Shown piece after piece: positions 27,161-40,545 of a stretch of DNA of 64,000 nucleotides. Source of the DNA: Camelus dromedarius (taxonomy: Eukaryota). The position numbers and the translations under genes are program-made. The notes under the pieces were generated by a model, which had not been told where the DNA came from, made no database searches, and worked only from the letters and a program-made list of their open reading frames with translations. The DNA lies in contig NC_087436.1 in the NCBI RefSeq assembly GCF_036321535.1, forward strand, positions 78,432,001-78,496,000, given 5' to 3'. Position 1 is the stretch's first letter, and the number at the start of each line of letters is the position of its first letter.

Positions 27161-28899
27161 ATCTACTTACTACATCTCAGAAAGGAGGCAAAACCATCAT
27201 TAATTACATGTTGAATTAAGGTAACCGTGGTGACCTTCAGCAAGTTGCTTAATGCTGCGGGACCCACTTTCCTTATCCATCAAATGAGGCAGAATAGACC
27301 TTTCTCAAGTTTCTTCAGCCCTGAAGATCTAGACAAGGGCTAAATTTGTCATGCCTTGGAATTGTGTTCTTATAGTCTCTATTTCTATTTTCTATGTACA
27401 TTTGGGGCTCTTTGAATAAACAATACATGCCATACATTTATGCTCACTTTATATAACTTGAATTAGTGGAACCACTTTGAATGTCTCTGACAGCTCTAAG
27501 GAAGATTTAGAACAATTATAGAAAGATGTTTCTTTGTTTTAATGACATATTACTTGCCACACCTATGATTTACTTGATTCTAAGTTAATTGGTATGAACA
27601 TGCAGGTTTTCAACTGTGATGTTATTTTTACTAGAAAATATGATTTCTAAAAATTTGCTTGAGGACACAATCTTCAGGAATGCATTGGGGTACAAAAGCC
27701 AGGACTGTCTGCAGTAAATCGCCAACAAGAGAGGATACACCCAGAATAACAATGATATAATGCTCTTTATCCGTGCAATAGGAATGGAAGAAATGTCCTG
27801 GGGGAATATAGGCTACTTCAGGAAATGCCCTGCTGTGATTACCTAACATCTCCCAAAACAATCAAACAAAGGCATCAATCTATATTTTGAAGGTGTGGCT
27901 GTTGGCTTTAATTTGCTAGAGAGGTATTTCCCAGGGTTCCACTAATCAGGACCACGAATGGGAGGGAGGGAGAAAAAAGAGCATCCTAAACATCCCAGAA
28001 CTCTGGGCATCCAATCAAACTGGCAAAACAGTGATGTTGAGTTGGTTCTGAGTTCTTTGGAGTTGGTATCAGTGCCCGGACACTCTTTGTCCTAACTCCA
28101 AAGGAAGGCACTCTCATTCCACTCCCTTTTATTAACATTTGTCCCTACACTGTCAACCTACTTCCCTGTGGAGTCAGGGTCATCTGTCATAAAACAGACC
28201 CTCCTACATGTCTTTCCACAAATACCATTTAAAAATAACATAATTTTCATAAGTATATGTACCAAGGTGTTCATGAAAGTTCCTAACAGCCAAAAGAGGA
28301 TACTGTCAAATTTCCAACAATAAAGGACTTCTTAAATAAAGTATAGAATGTCCATATGATGCCATGAAGTTTATCACTAAATAAGTTGTATGGGGGGAAA
28401 GTTTTAAAAAAAAGTCAAAAAAAACTTTTTTAAGTTATATGGTAAAAGAATATTTGTTGGTGTAGGAAAACTCCACTACCTTCTAAGTAAACAAGCACCT
28501 ATGTTATGATTCTATGAATTACAACATTTACAGTGGTGTGTTTTTCTTCATTTTCCAAATTTTCTGCTTTGAACATGTATTTGCTTTTGTATTTGGAAAA
28601 AGTACCGCTTTTTAAAATGGCTCTATTCAGGGACATACAGAAGACAGGTTAAGAATGGATTACACCCAAAAGAAGGTGGTCCATCTCCTTCCCAGTGGCA
28701 GCTCAGCCTTGAATTAGATGTCGGGCAAACACCTGGGAACACAGACAAATACCTCTCTCAGGTACTGCTATGAGGCCACAGTTGGGTCCTCAGTGATTAA
28801 AGCCACCTAATCATTCCCAAGAAACACCTCCTGAAAGCCCCAAGCTGAGAGATGGGACAAAAAATGAGGTCATCTAAAGGGCCAGAATGAGTCACTCAC

Positions 28900-28941
28900 C
28901 TGGGGAGTCCACATGAGACATGATGTATCCTGTGTATTACA
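28900..28941 (-). other. Candidate spliced exon (42 nt)
   Basis: Minus strand: gtttctctcccacag|TGTAATACAC...GACTCCCCAG|gtgagt. Near-consensus acceptor and donor. Confidence 0.6.
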
Positions 28942-29439
28942 CTGTGGGAGAGAAACATTCCCATCTTCTTTCCAGGGAGGCTAAAGCAAAGGACAGCGTA
29001 AAGGGGGAAGGTGGATGTCTAACTGTGACTCGGCTTTTTGAATGAAACCATTGCTAGGTTTAAACAGCCTCCCACTTTAACAAAGCAAGCAACTATCCAG
29101 GAAGGATGCATAAAGAATGTAAGTTACCTACGAGATGGGAAGGTTTCCTCTGCATTCTGGGGGCTCATTCTGTCTTTCTAGTAAAGGTCAAGAAAATCGT
29201 TCTGCTGAGGAATAACCAGCGAGAAGACGCAGCCTCATTGAAGCATAGAGTGAGGTCACCAAGGACCCAGGTAGGTGGAGGGATCTGACCGGGTAGACTC
29301 AGCTAAGTCACCAGCCTCACTTGGCCTCCAGGCTGGTCGTTCCTCCACAGGCCTGACCCGGCCTGCAAGAGGGACCCGAGGTGGAACTCTGCATTCTTTG
29401 GCAAGTGGACCCAATACAAGAATTAAGAAATGTTATAAG

Positions 29440-30175
29440 AGAAATATCTCACACCCATTAGGATGATTATGAGCCAAAAAAAAAAAAAAAAAAAAGATGA
29501 ACAAGAAGAAAATAACAAATGTTGGCAAGGATGTGGAGAAATTGAACCCTTGTGCACCGCTGGGAATGTAAAACAGTGCAGGCGCTATGGAGAACAGTAT
29601 GGCAGTTCCTCAAAAAATTAAAAACAGAACTACCATATGATCCACCAATTCCACTTTGGGGTATGTACCCAAAAGAATTGAAAGCAGAAACACAAACAGA
29701 TATTAGTACCCCTGTTCATAGCAGCATTATTCACCACAGCCAAAAAGTAGAAGCAATTCAGTGGATGGATGGGTGAACAAAATGTGGTATATACACACAA
29801 TGGAATGTTACTCTGCCTTAAAAAGGAAAGAAATTCTGACACATGCTACAACCTGGGTAAAACATAAACTTGAGAACATTATGCTAAGTGAAATAAACCT
29901 GCCACAGAAAGACAAATACAGTATCATCCCACTTACGTGCCGTCCCTGGAGTAGTTAAACTCATAGAGAACAGAGGTCACCTGCGGCTGGGGGCAAGCGA
30001 CATGGGGAGTTATTGTTTATTGAGTACAGAGTTTCAGCTTAAGAAGATGAAAAGAGTTCTGAAGATTGGTTTCAGAATAATGTAAATGTACTTAATGCCA
30101 CTGAACTGTACACTTAAAAATAGTTAAGATGGTTAATTTTAGGTTATATGTATTTGACCGCAATTTTTAAAAATC
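29440..30175 (+). mobile_element. L1MB-like 3' fragment
   Basis: Translates [28 protein letters not shown] and NKMWYIHTMECYSALKRKEIL. 3' end gtacttaatgccactgaactgtacacttaaaaatagttaagatgg. Confidence 0.92.
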
Positions 30176-30187
30176 ATTATTTCATAA

Positions 30188-30245
30188 AGGAACAAAGGAA
30201 CGAAGGAACGAAGGAACGAAGGAACGAAGGAACGAATGAAGGAAA
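30188..30245. repeat. (GAAGGAAC)n 8-mer tandem repeat
   Basis: Directly visible, at the tail of the L1. Confidence 0.9.
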
Positions 30246-30429
30246 GAAAAGCCAAGCCAAGCCAACTGACAAGAATGGAATTAGTTTTGCCACATTCCCT
30301 AACTGTTGGCTGGAGTCTGTGGTTAGGAGCCAGCACTACACTGAGCCCCCGGGGAACTTGTGCAAATCAGCAGGAACCCTGGGGAGGCCGCACCAGCCCC
30401 AGTGAGGCAGGACAGCCTAGTGATGGAGA

Positions 30430-30605
30430 TCACAGCTGATCAAGTTAGACAGTCGGGGTTATCCCAGCTCCACTACCCAGCTGTGTTGCCCTGAGCAAGT
30501 TGCCCAGCTAGAGCTTAATTCTAATTGTAAAATGGGGGTAATAACAGCTCCTTCCACACAGGACTGCTGTGAGGATTAAGTAAAAACAACACATGAAGCA
30601 AAGAA
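30430..30605 (+). mobile_element. MIR SINE
   Basis: atcccagctccactacccagctgtgttgccctgagcaagtt...tgtaaaatgggggtaataa...tgtgaggattaa. Confidence 0.8.
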
Positions 30606-32809
30606 CAATGCAAAATATGTTACTACTCGCTCATGAAACAGGGGGGAAATGTATATGTTTATAGGCATATATTCTTATTTATGCATTAAAATTTCAGAAA
30701 AGATATACAATAAATGGATAACGGTTATTATTTATGTCTTTGGGAGGTGGTAACTCAGTGGAGGGGAGAGGGAAAATTGTTACTAAATATCTCTCAATGA
30801 TTTTGCGTTGTGAACCATGCAGATCTATTACCTGTTTAAAAAGTAACTGAAATATCAAAAGACAAAGTTTATAGAGTGTGGATCAGTCAATGCATATCAA
30901 GTATTAAGATGATAACTATCTTTAGAACCATTAGCCTTACACCCAATTTTCTCAGCCAGACGGCACTCCTAGATTCATTTAACAAAAAGTCAAACCACTG
31001 GAAGGAAGCCTGGAATCTTCCCAGAATCTTTAAGATTCAAGATTTTCCACGGCTGGTCCAGAACTCCTAAAATACCTTCCAGATCTAAAATTCTGTTCTG
31101 CTGAGGCATAATCCTGCTACTCTCCAAGTTGAAATCTAAGCAAAACAATACTGGTGCCAACCACTGAAACAAAAAATGCAAAATCCGGACAAGCAGACAA
31201 GGGGAAGGGTGAAGAAAGGAAAAGAAAGAAGAAGGAAGGAGAATGAGACCCAGTGAAAGGAAAGGGCAGCAAACAGCCTTTAAATATAAGTGTGGGTATG
31301 GCCCCTTTCCCATTTTTGCTCACCTAACTCCACCATCGTCCCTTCTCCTATTTGCTTCTGGTTGAACAACCTAGACCCTGCAGACTAAGATTTAAAAGCC
31401 CCCACCGAAAAAGCAAAACCACACAATACAAGGCCCAGAGGCAGAATATCACCCAGCAGCAAGTCTCCTACTTCCTCAGCTGCCCAGCCCCTCAAGGGCA
31501 AAAGAGCAGGCTCCACACCGAGACAGCCCCGGCATACTGGATGGCCCTCTGGGGTGGGCCAGTTCTGCCCCGTGCCATGAGGTCAGCACAGGAGAACACG
31601 AACACCTGATCAAAGGCGCTCTTTCCTTGTCTGTGATTTCAAAATCTTGCCAGCATCCATTATCCGGCCTCAATGTCGCTGCCAGCACAAAAGACACAAA
31701 AGTTACTAAATGGCATTGCAGTCATAACCCAGAGGGCGATATGAGGCAGACAGCTGCTTGTAGCCCATTCTCCTGTACGACACAGACTGCCTTGTTGGGC
31801 AATAAATTATTTAAGTTATCTGCATTTTTTATATCTTATCCTGTGCAGAAACAATTGGTTCCACTTGGATGCACGGGAAGATAGACCAAAAAAGAAACAC
31901 ATCGGTGATGTTAGTATTGGGAGCATTCAGGTCATCAAGGATTGATCAACAGAGACACTCCACAGGATGCAAAGTTGTTCCCTCACTGCCAAGTTGTTGC
32001 TCATGGTGTTTTCAGTCCATATATCATGCTAACCTATTAATTCTCAAAGATTTTTTTTTTAATTATGGAGGATTGAGCCTTTCAAAATATAATTAATTAC
32101 AAAAGCTACTTAATATTCAGAGGTGTCACACAAGCATATAACTGGCATTCTCTGCCGGTGGTTTAATTAGACAAGAAGATGCAAAAAGCTGTCACTTGAG
32201 GGCGGGTGGCTGCAGGGGAGGGAAGCCCTGGTAAGCACTACCAGTTGGCCATCTGTACCAGACACAAAAGCACGACTCTTCAGCTGGCCTCCCTGAGAGA
32301 AAGCTCCCCATTTTTACCGTCTCATCTATTGGCAATTCCTTTCTGCAGTATATAGCTGGAAGGAAGAAGATATTCATGAACTATCATTCCAAGTTTGATG
32401 TTTCATGGATGTGGAAGGTTGGGGAAAAACAAAGAACCACGTGGTGCCTCAGTTTCTCCATCTGAAAAATACAATTCATAAATGTCATCCATCCATCTGC
32501 CTCCCAGAGCAACAGCTGCTGAACATTTTTTTTTTACAAATGGCCAGAAACATGCCAAATAACAAAACTGGCCCCATGTTACACATTTTGATATAAATAT
32601 GCTGGCAAGAAATAGAAAAGCTTCTTCATTTTACTCACAATCAACTGCTGCTTATTTTTGAGTTGGTTTTTCCACTTGGGGCTTTTCTGTGCCGTTCCTC
32701 CTCCCCCACTTTTTAAAATCATGTTTGACCATCTGCTCTCTGGATAATTCTCTTTTCTTTAGTATCTTCATTAGACAGTAAGTAATAATAATGCCGAGAA
32801 TCCTGACTA

Positions 32810-32995
32810 CAGTCGATTCTGTATTCACATTTAGTCTTTACAACTCAGTGAGATAGGTATTATTGTCATCATTATTTCTATATTACAGATGAATAAAGTG
32901 AAGTTTAGAGAGCTTAGGTGACTTGATCAACACCTCAAAATTAAGTGGAAAAATTAAGGTTAAAACTCAGGTCAATTTGACCCCAAATCCCATAG
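32810..32995 (-). mobile_element. MIR SINE
   Basis: tacaactcagtgagataggtattatt...ttacagatgaataaagtgaagtttagagagcttaggtgacttg. Confidence 0.75.
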
Positions 32996-34024
32996 GACTA
33001 GTTTTTTCTCTTCTGCCATAGAGAAGGGGGAAAAATACGTAAGCACACACACAAAAATGGTCAGGATTTCTGCTGATCATCAATCATTATAAAATATGGA
33101 ATAATAGAAATTAATTGATAAAATAAAATGCATTCTAAATAAAATGTGGGGTCTTGTATAGGTTCCTGGAACAGAAAAAAGACATTAGTGGAAAAGTTGA
33201 TGAAATCTGAACAAAACATGAGTTGGTTTAAAAAAAAAAAATCATTGGGTGCCCCCGGTCTCCGCTCATCTTTCACTTCTGCCAGGAGACGAGTGATTTC
33301 TCTCCAGAATCCTGGATATTCGTGACGTTTCCAAGATTTACGTCAATCACATTTATACACGTTCCTTTTTCAAATTAAAAAGCAGTGTTTCTAAACCCAC
33401 TGGAAAAAAAGAGATAGAATGTCTTTCCAGATTTGAACATTTTATTGTAATGGTGATCATGTTTATTATAAAAACTTAAATATTATAAAATGGTGGTAAG
33501 TGAAAAAAAAAAAGGCACTTCAGAGGAACTCTTGACATCTGTATCCAAAAGTGTAAATACTACTGCCATGACTAAGGTTAGAAGTTGATCACTATTTATA
33601 AGCAATTTAAATAACTTTTGAGTATTAGTTTTGAATATTTATTTCATTTACCATTTAACCCTATAAAGCTTTTCTGGAGAGTGTTGTTGAAAAAAAATCA
33701 TTCGTTTTGTATACTCATGGTTTTCTTTACCTAAATAGCACAACTGCAAGTTGATTAAGTGACATAAAACCAGTTGGTACATCAAAAGCGTTTTCATCTT
33801 TGGGAAATGAAATTAAAATATTAATATTGATACTGTTTTAATTTATCAAAGTATAGGATCTCTAAATTTCCTTCTTTAAACAAGTTTTTTTAATTACATA
33901 GGTCAGTCTGCTTTGAGTAAAATTAGATATGTCAATAATTTTTAGTATGTCAATTAATTTCCAATAAAAGCATAATTGTAACAATATAGGTTCAACACTG
34001 CATAACTGTTCTAATAAATAAAAC

Positions 34025-34130
34025 GACAAAGAGGCACGGGGCAGACCACGTAAAGATGAAGGCAGGGAGTAGAGTAATCCTGCAAGAGCCAAGGAACACA
34101 AGGAGCCATCAGAATCTGGAAGAGGCAAAG
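34025..34130 (+). mobile_element. MLT1 LTR fragment
   Basis: ccacgtaaagatgaaggcaggg...gccaaggaacacaaggagccatcagaatctggaagaggcaa. Confidence 0.6.
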
Positions 34131-37100
34131 CAGCTATTGATGAGAAAGACCAGAATCTACCAGAAAAGTATCTTCTACAGCCAAAGATACGAGACCAGTA
34201 GACAGGGCAGAGTCAAGTCCCGTGCCCCCGGGTGGGCGACCCACAGAGAGAGAAGAATTACAGCTGCAGCGGTTCTCCCCTAGGAGCAAGCGGTCTGAGC
34301 GGCACACCAGGCTCCCCATCCCAGGGGCCCAGCGCGGGAAGGTGAGCTCCCAGAGCGTTTGGCCTTGGAGGCCAGCGGGGCTCACTGTCAGGAGTCCCAG
34401 CGGGCTGTGGGAAGTAGAGACTCCACTCTTAAAGGGCACACACAAAATCTCACATAGCCCAGAACCCAGGGCAGAAACAGTAGTTTGAAAGGTGCCTAGG
34501 TGAGACCAACCTGCTGATCTTGGAGAGTGCCCTGGAGAGGTGCAGGAGGCATCCGCAGCCTGCCCCGGGGACACAGACAGCAGCAGCGGCCGTTTTGGAG
34601 ACTCGCTCATTCTACCATGTGGACACTGGCAGGTGCCATTTTGGAACCCTCCCTCTAATTTATTGGCCCCAGGACCCAGCACCCTTTCACTTAACAGCCT
34701 GCAGGTGCCAGTACTGGGAAACCTCAGGCCAAGCAACTCGCTGGGCAGGGACACAGCCCCACCCACAGGCAGGCAAGCTACCTTGAGAACCCCTGGGCCC
34801 ACCAGAGGGCCCAGGACCCAGCCCCTCACACAGGCACTAGACCTGGAACCCCCAGAGCCTTGCAGCCAGAGACCCTGGGACCCAGCTCCACCTATCAGCC
34901 CCAGGAAGCCCTAGGCCCTGGCCCTACCCACCAATAAGGACTAGCCTCAGGACCAACCTCACACACCAGTGGGCAGTCACCAGCCCCAGGACTCAGTGGG
35001 TCACAGAATTGCCACCCGCAGGCCAGCTTCAGCTCTGGGAGACATTGGGCTCCTCAGCCAGGAGCCATGGGATCTAGCCCCACCCACAAGCAGGCTGATA
35101 CCAGGTTCAGGACTCTCAGGGCCCTTCAGTCACAGACCCTGGGACCTGGCTCCACCCACCAGGGAGCCAGGACTAGCCCTGGGACCCTCTGGATTCCAGC
35201 CCCACCCACCAGCAGGCCAACACCAGTTCTGAGACACCTTGGACTCCTTTGCCAGCTGCTTCAGGATCTAGCCCCACTCACCAGCGGGCAAGTGCCTGGA
35301 ACCTGCAGCCAGCCTTGTCAGGAAATAGCCCCATCCACTGAGATCCCACCACTAGATCTGAGAACCCTGGCCCTGCAACTACCCACCCCGGAACCCAGTT
35401 CTGCCCACTAGTGAGCCAGCACTAGCCCTGGGACCCCCAGGATTCCACAGCCAGCCACCTCATGACCCAGCCCCATCAGCCAGCAGCTGGCAGCTTCTGC
35501 ACAAGGCAGGGCCTGACAAACCAGAACAGGAGCCAGCCACGCCTACAAGATCACCCATGGTAGTCAGCCCACCACAACAGAAGCACCCACTCAGCCCACA
35601 TAGTGGAACCCTTAAGCATATAGCTCTGGTGAATAGAAAGGAGAGCACTGCTGGGGTGCATAGGACATTTCCGACAAAAGGCCACTTCTCCAAGGTTGGG
35701 AAACATAGCCAACCTATCAGATACATAGAAACAAAAACAGCAAATTAGGCAAAACAAGGCAACAGAGGAACTTATTCCAAATGAAGGAACAAGATAAAAC
35801 CCCAGAAGAAGAACAAAGTGGAGATAGTCAATCTACCCAAGAAGAAGTTCAAGGTAAGGATGGTAAAAATGATCAAAGAACTCTGGAGAAGAATGGATGA
35901 ACAAAATGAGAAGTTAGAAGTTTTTAACAAAGAGTTAGAAAATATAAAGGACAATCAAACGGCGATGAGGACTACAATAACTAAACTGAAAAATACACTA
36001 GAAGGAATCAACAGTAGAATAAATGATACAGAAGAACAGATCAGCGAGCTGGAAGACAGTCGTAGAAATCACTGAAGCTGAACAGAAAAAAGAAAAAAGA
36101 ACAAAAAGAAATGAGAACAGTTTAAGAAACCTCTGGGACAACATCAAGCATACTAACATTTACATTATAGGGGTCCCAGAAGGAGAAGAGAGAGAAGCAG
36201 AGGACATATTTGAAGACATGATAGCTGAAGACTTCCCTAATCTAGGAAAGGAAACAGACATCCAGGTCCAGGAAAACAGAAAGTCCCAAACAGGATCAAC
36301 TCAAAGAGGACCACATCAAGACACATTATAATTAAAATGACAAAATTAAAGATAAAGAGAGAATATTAAAAGTAGCAAGGGAAAAGCAACAAGTTACATA
36401 CAAAGGAACTCCCCTAAGGTTCTCAGCTGACTTTTCAGCAGAAACTCTGCAGGCCAGAAGGACTGGCATGTTAACTTGAAGTGATGAAAAGGAAAATCTA
36501 TGACCAAGAATACTCTACCTGGCAAGGCTTTCACTCAGATTTGATAGCAGTTCAGAAGTCTGGCAGACAACTTCAGCACCACCAAATCAGCTTTACAAGA
36601 AATGTTAAAGGGACTTGCTAAGTGAGAAAGAAAGACTGCAACTAGAAACATGAAAATCATGAAAGGAAAAAGCTCATCAGTAAAGGCAAATATGTAGGAA
36701 AGTAGTCAATCTACCACATACAAAGCTAGTAGGAAAGTTAAAAGAAAAGTCATCTATATCTGTAATAAGTAGTTAAGGGATACACAAAATAGAAAGATAT
36801 AAAACATGATGTCAAAACAGTAATCATGGGAGAAGAATAGTTAAAATTCAGACTTGTTAAAATGCGTTTGAAATTAAGAGATTATCAACTTAAAATAATC
36901 ATAAATATGATCATATATATATAATTGCTATATATATGTATATATACCTCATGGTAACCACAAACCAAAAATCTATACTAGATACACACACGAAAAAGAG
37001 AAAGGAATCCAAACATAGCACTAAAGATAGTTATCAAATTACAATGGAAGAGAAGAAAGGGACAAAAAAAAGTACAAAACCCCAAAACAAATAACAAAAA

Positions 37101-37186
37101 TGGCAACAATTACATATCTATCAATAATTACTTTAAATTTAAAAATAATCACTTTAAGTGGACTAAATGCTCCAATCAAAAGACAC
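34131..37186 (+). mobile_element. L1 5' half: GC-rich 5'UTR with degenerate tandem repeats, disrupted ORF1 (about 35750-36620), spacer, first codons of ORF2
   Basis: ORF1-like peptides LKNTLEGINSRINDTEEQISELED and SLRNLWDNIKHTNIYIIGVPEGEE. ORF2 endonuclease start MATITYLSIITLN...GLNAPIKRH at 37100. Confidence 0.93.
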
Positions 37187-37720
37187 ACCATACACTTGGT
37201 GTCGGGCTCATTTCTACAAACGCTGGCTCGGATTTTTTCCCTTGTCTTTACTTACAAAGCAGAAACAATGCTAAAGGTATGTAATCCTGCTCACCGTGAG
37301 GGACTGGTTAGAGGCCTAGCCCTTGGAAATCTGACTCCGTCTCAAGTAATGGTAAGTCTCTTTTGCACTTTGAACACCAAAAGGCTTCAGGTTTTAGATG
37401 GAAGAAGATCCCAAGTGGAAAGACAACTTAATTAGCCTATGATCCTCCTACCCACCGATGATTAGCCAAAGCCAGACCACACCTCCAAGGGAGCGCCAGA
37501 TGCAGACAGGTGTGGCCTAATTTTACCCCTAAGAGCTCCAAACCCAGGGACTGCCCGAGAGCAGGCCTGGCCTACCTCAGTAGTGATATGTGCTTAAAAC
37601 CTGGTATCAAGAGACATCTTTGGGAACCAAGAGAACCCCTGCAGCCATTCAGGAGAGCTGCTGGCAGCGCTTGGAGTTAGCTGTTGCTAGAGTGAGGATG
37701 CCTTTTACAGAGCTACTTTC

Positions 37721-37962
37721 TTTTTTTTTTTTTAACATTTTTTATTGATTTATAATCATTTTACAATGTTGTGTCAAATTCCAGTGTAGAGCACAATTTT
37801 TCAGTTATACATGAACATATATATATTCATTGTCACATTTTTTTCTCTGTGAGCTACCATAAGATCTTGTGTATACTTTCCTGTGCTATACAGTATAATC
37901 TTGTTTATCTATTCTACAATTTTGAAATCCCAGTCTATCCCTTCCCACCCTCCACCCCCTTG
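37721..37962 (-). mobile_element. Young L1 3' end (5'-truncated)
   Basis: Poly-T then tttacaatgttgtgtcaaattccagtgtagagcac...ctgtgctatacagtataatcttgtttatctatt. TSD gctactttc at 37712-37720 and 37963-37971. Confidence 0.9.
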
Positions 37963-38359
37963 GCTACTTTCAATTCCTTGAGTTGTCAAGTTTATAGCCA
38001 ATGGACTATAAACATTTAGGGGGAAGATCTAAAATTGTAATTTACTACTTACTGGTGAACAACTGATCTGATGGATTAGATCACTGAATTCTCTGACTTC
38101 TTGGTTTTAACAGCATCTGGACCAGGGGATCTAGACCCTAGGGATCCAGAGACAAGGTAGGAGGCAGGGGCCGGGGCGCGTCTGTAAACTCCCTGATGTG
38201 AAATTCAGTGTGTATGTGTATTTCTCTGGGTACAGGGCCCCTGCTTCTTGTTCTCAAGAGTCCCTATCTCAGAAGAAGTTAAATACCACTATACATGAGC
38301 CACATGTGTTTATGGAACCAAAGAGTATCTGAATCGACAAGCATGTTTTTCAGATGCTC

Positions 38360-38712
38360 TTATGACTGAATTGTGCCCCTCCAAATATTCACATGTTGAA
38401 GTCTTAACCCCCCAGTATCTCAGAATGTGGCTACATATTAAGAAAGAATTTTTACAGAGATAATTAAGTTAAAGTGAGGTCATTAGGTTGGGTCCTAATC
38501 CAAAATGACTAGCATCCTCATAAGAAGAGGAAATTTGGACGGGGACACCAAGAGAGGGAAGATTATGTGAAGACACGTGGCGAAGAGAGGGAACCAACTC
38601 CACCGACACCTCAATCTCAGACTTCTAGCCTCCAGAATTGTGAGCAAACAAATCTGTTGTTTAAACCACCCCGTCTGTGTATACGTTATGGCAGCCCTAG
38701 TGAACTAATACA
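38360..38712 (+). mobile_element. MaLR LTR (MLT1A/B-like)
   Basis: tatgactgaattgtgcccc...gttaaagtgaggtcattagg...gacttctagcctccagaattgtgag...ggcagccctagtgaactaataca. Confidence 0.9.
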
Positions 38713-39367
38713 GATGCTTCATGTACTCATTTCCGAATGCACATTCCTGTGGTCAGGAAAAACAAAAGACTACATGCAGTTAGAACGTCTACAGTGCTCA
38801 CACTTCTTTTTCATATAGAAGGTCATACATATTGAAAAATTAAATACGTTCACCTGCTTAAATAATGCATTCTACAAAAAGCGAAGAACACAAAAATTAT
38901 TTTTGCTCAACTCCTTTAAGAACCACTGAAGAAACAGAATTGCAAATTGTGAACCATAATCTTGTACCCCACACTCCTTTCTTTATCTCTCTTTTCATGG
39001 GTCTCCTCTGAGCTCTGCGGAAGAACACACTGTGTTTAAAATGTTATTTACTTTTTAAACAAAGCAATATATGATTATTATAAATAAGATTTTAAATATA
39101 GGTAAGCAAAAGAAGAAAAATAGAACTTCCCACAACCCAGATGTAACCATTGCTAATAATATTTCTTACTATATTCTTATTGCAGCTAGATCTCATCATC
39201 ATATTGTTCACTAAACTATGAAATCATGTTATCTCCAAATAAAACAAGCTCATTATACAGAGTATGAAATGTAAAGAAGTCAGAATTATTTTGAAACATT
39301 ATTAATGAATGGCCATCAATGAAGAATGTGAGCAATAATTAATTATTTACAGGGATTATAGCTATAT

Positions 39368-39615
39368 ATTTTTATTCTTATTTTTTATTGAAGTATAGTC
39401 GATTTACAATGTTAGTTTCAGGTGTACAGCAAAGCGATTTAGTTATACATACACATACTTATATACATTTTCAGTTTCTTTTCCATTATGGCTCATTACA
39501 AGAAATTGAAATTGAATCCCTGTGCTATACAGTAATTCCTTGTTGTTTATCTAGTTTATATTTAGTAATTTGTGTCTGTTAATGCTGAACTCCTAATCTA
39601 TCCCTTCCCCACCAT
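39368..39615 (-). mobile_element. L1 3' end (5'-truncated)
   Basis: ttattgaagtatagtcgatttacaatgttagtttcaggtgtacagcaaagcgattt. Flanking direct repeat agggattata at 39351 and 39616. Confidence 0.88.
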
Positions 39616-40309
39616 AGGGATTATATCTTATCAAATAAAAGTTACATTAAATCACATCTAAATTGAGATACATTATTATTTACATTCATGATAAAAATAA
39701 CAAAGTCACACTAGGTCTTATATAGCTATTATTTAAATAACTAATCTCACACATGCATAAAGCATTACTTACTGATCAAGGAAAATACTGAGACATTTCA
39801 AGATAAAATCAAGCAGCACCATCATTTTACTAATGTGGACACATATGAAAACGTATAGGCGTGAAGGTATGTTCACAGAGGAAATAATTAAACAGTATGT
39901 AAGAAGCGGAGAAAACAAAATAACTTTTAAAAAGAAATGGAAGAAATTATTTAATATGATTAAAAGGGAATTAAATCAGAAAAAAACAGGTAAATTAGAG
40001 CAAGAGAAATGAATAACTAACAAAACATTCCAAATATTAACAATAACTGAAATATTAGAAACAATTTCCTAAGGGAAACTATGAAAGAGCTACCACACAA
40101 AAATGGGAATCTTATAGAATTATAGTCTACAAATGCTATTTTCTGAAATAATTCTAATTTTTCAGACATTTTGAATTATTCCCTCATACAACTGTGCTTC
40201 TAAAAGCCTAGTATAGCACCCTAGCTTGAAACTATGTAAATCTCATCTATTTGGTGAGCAAATTTTTATTGAAACATACATTTTAAATTACCCTGTAAGT
40301 TTTTTCTTT

Positions 40310-40545
40310 TGTATAGTTTTTTCAGACTTTTATTTTGAATAATCTCACATCTATAGAAAAGTTGCAAGTGTAGTAAAAGACTTTTTTCTGAACCATTTAG
40401 AAATTGCCAAAATGATACCCATCACCCTGAATACATTAGTGTGTATTTCCTACAAACAAGAAAATTAGCCTAAATAACCCCAAAACACCTATCAAAACCA
40501 GGAAATTAACATTTATACATCACTACCATCTAATCCACAGACCTT
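40310..40545 (-). mobile_element. L1MC-like 3' fragment
   Basis: cagacttttattttgaataatctcacatctatagaaaagttgcaag...ccctgaatacattagtgtgtatttcctacaaacaag. Confidence 0.65.

Noticed and set aside
33400..34020. AT-rich stretch possibly from a DNA-transposon interior
   Set aside because: No termini or transposase motif that I can identify with confidence.
34134..34829. 231-aa minus-strand ORF
   Set aside because: Lies antisense within the GC-rich L1 5'UTR, where stops are rare. No protein-like features.
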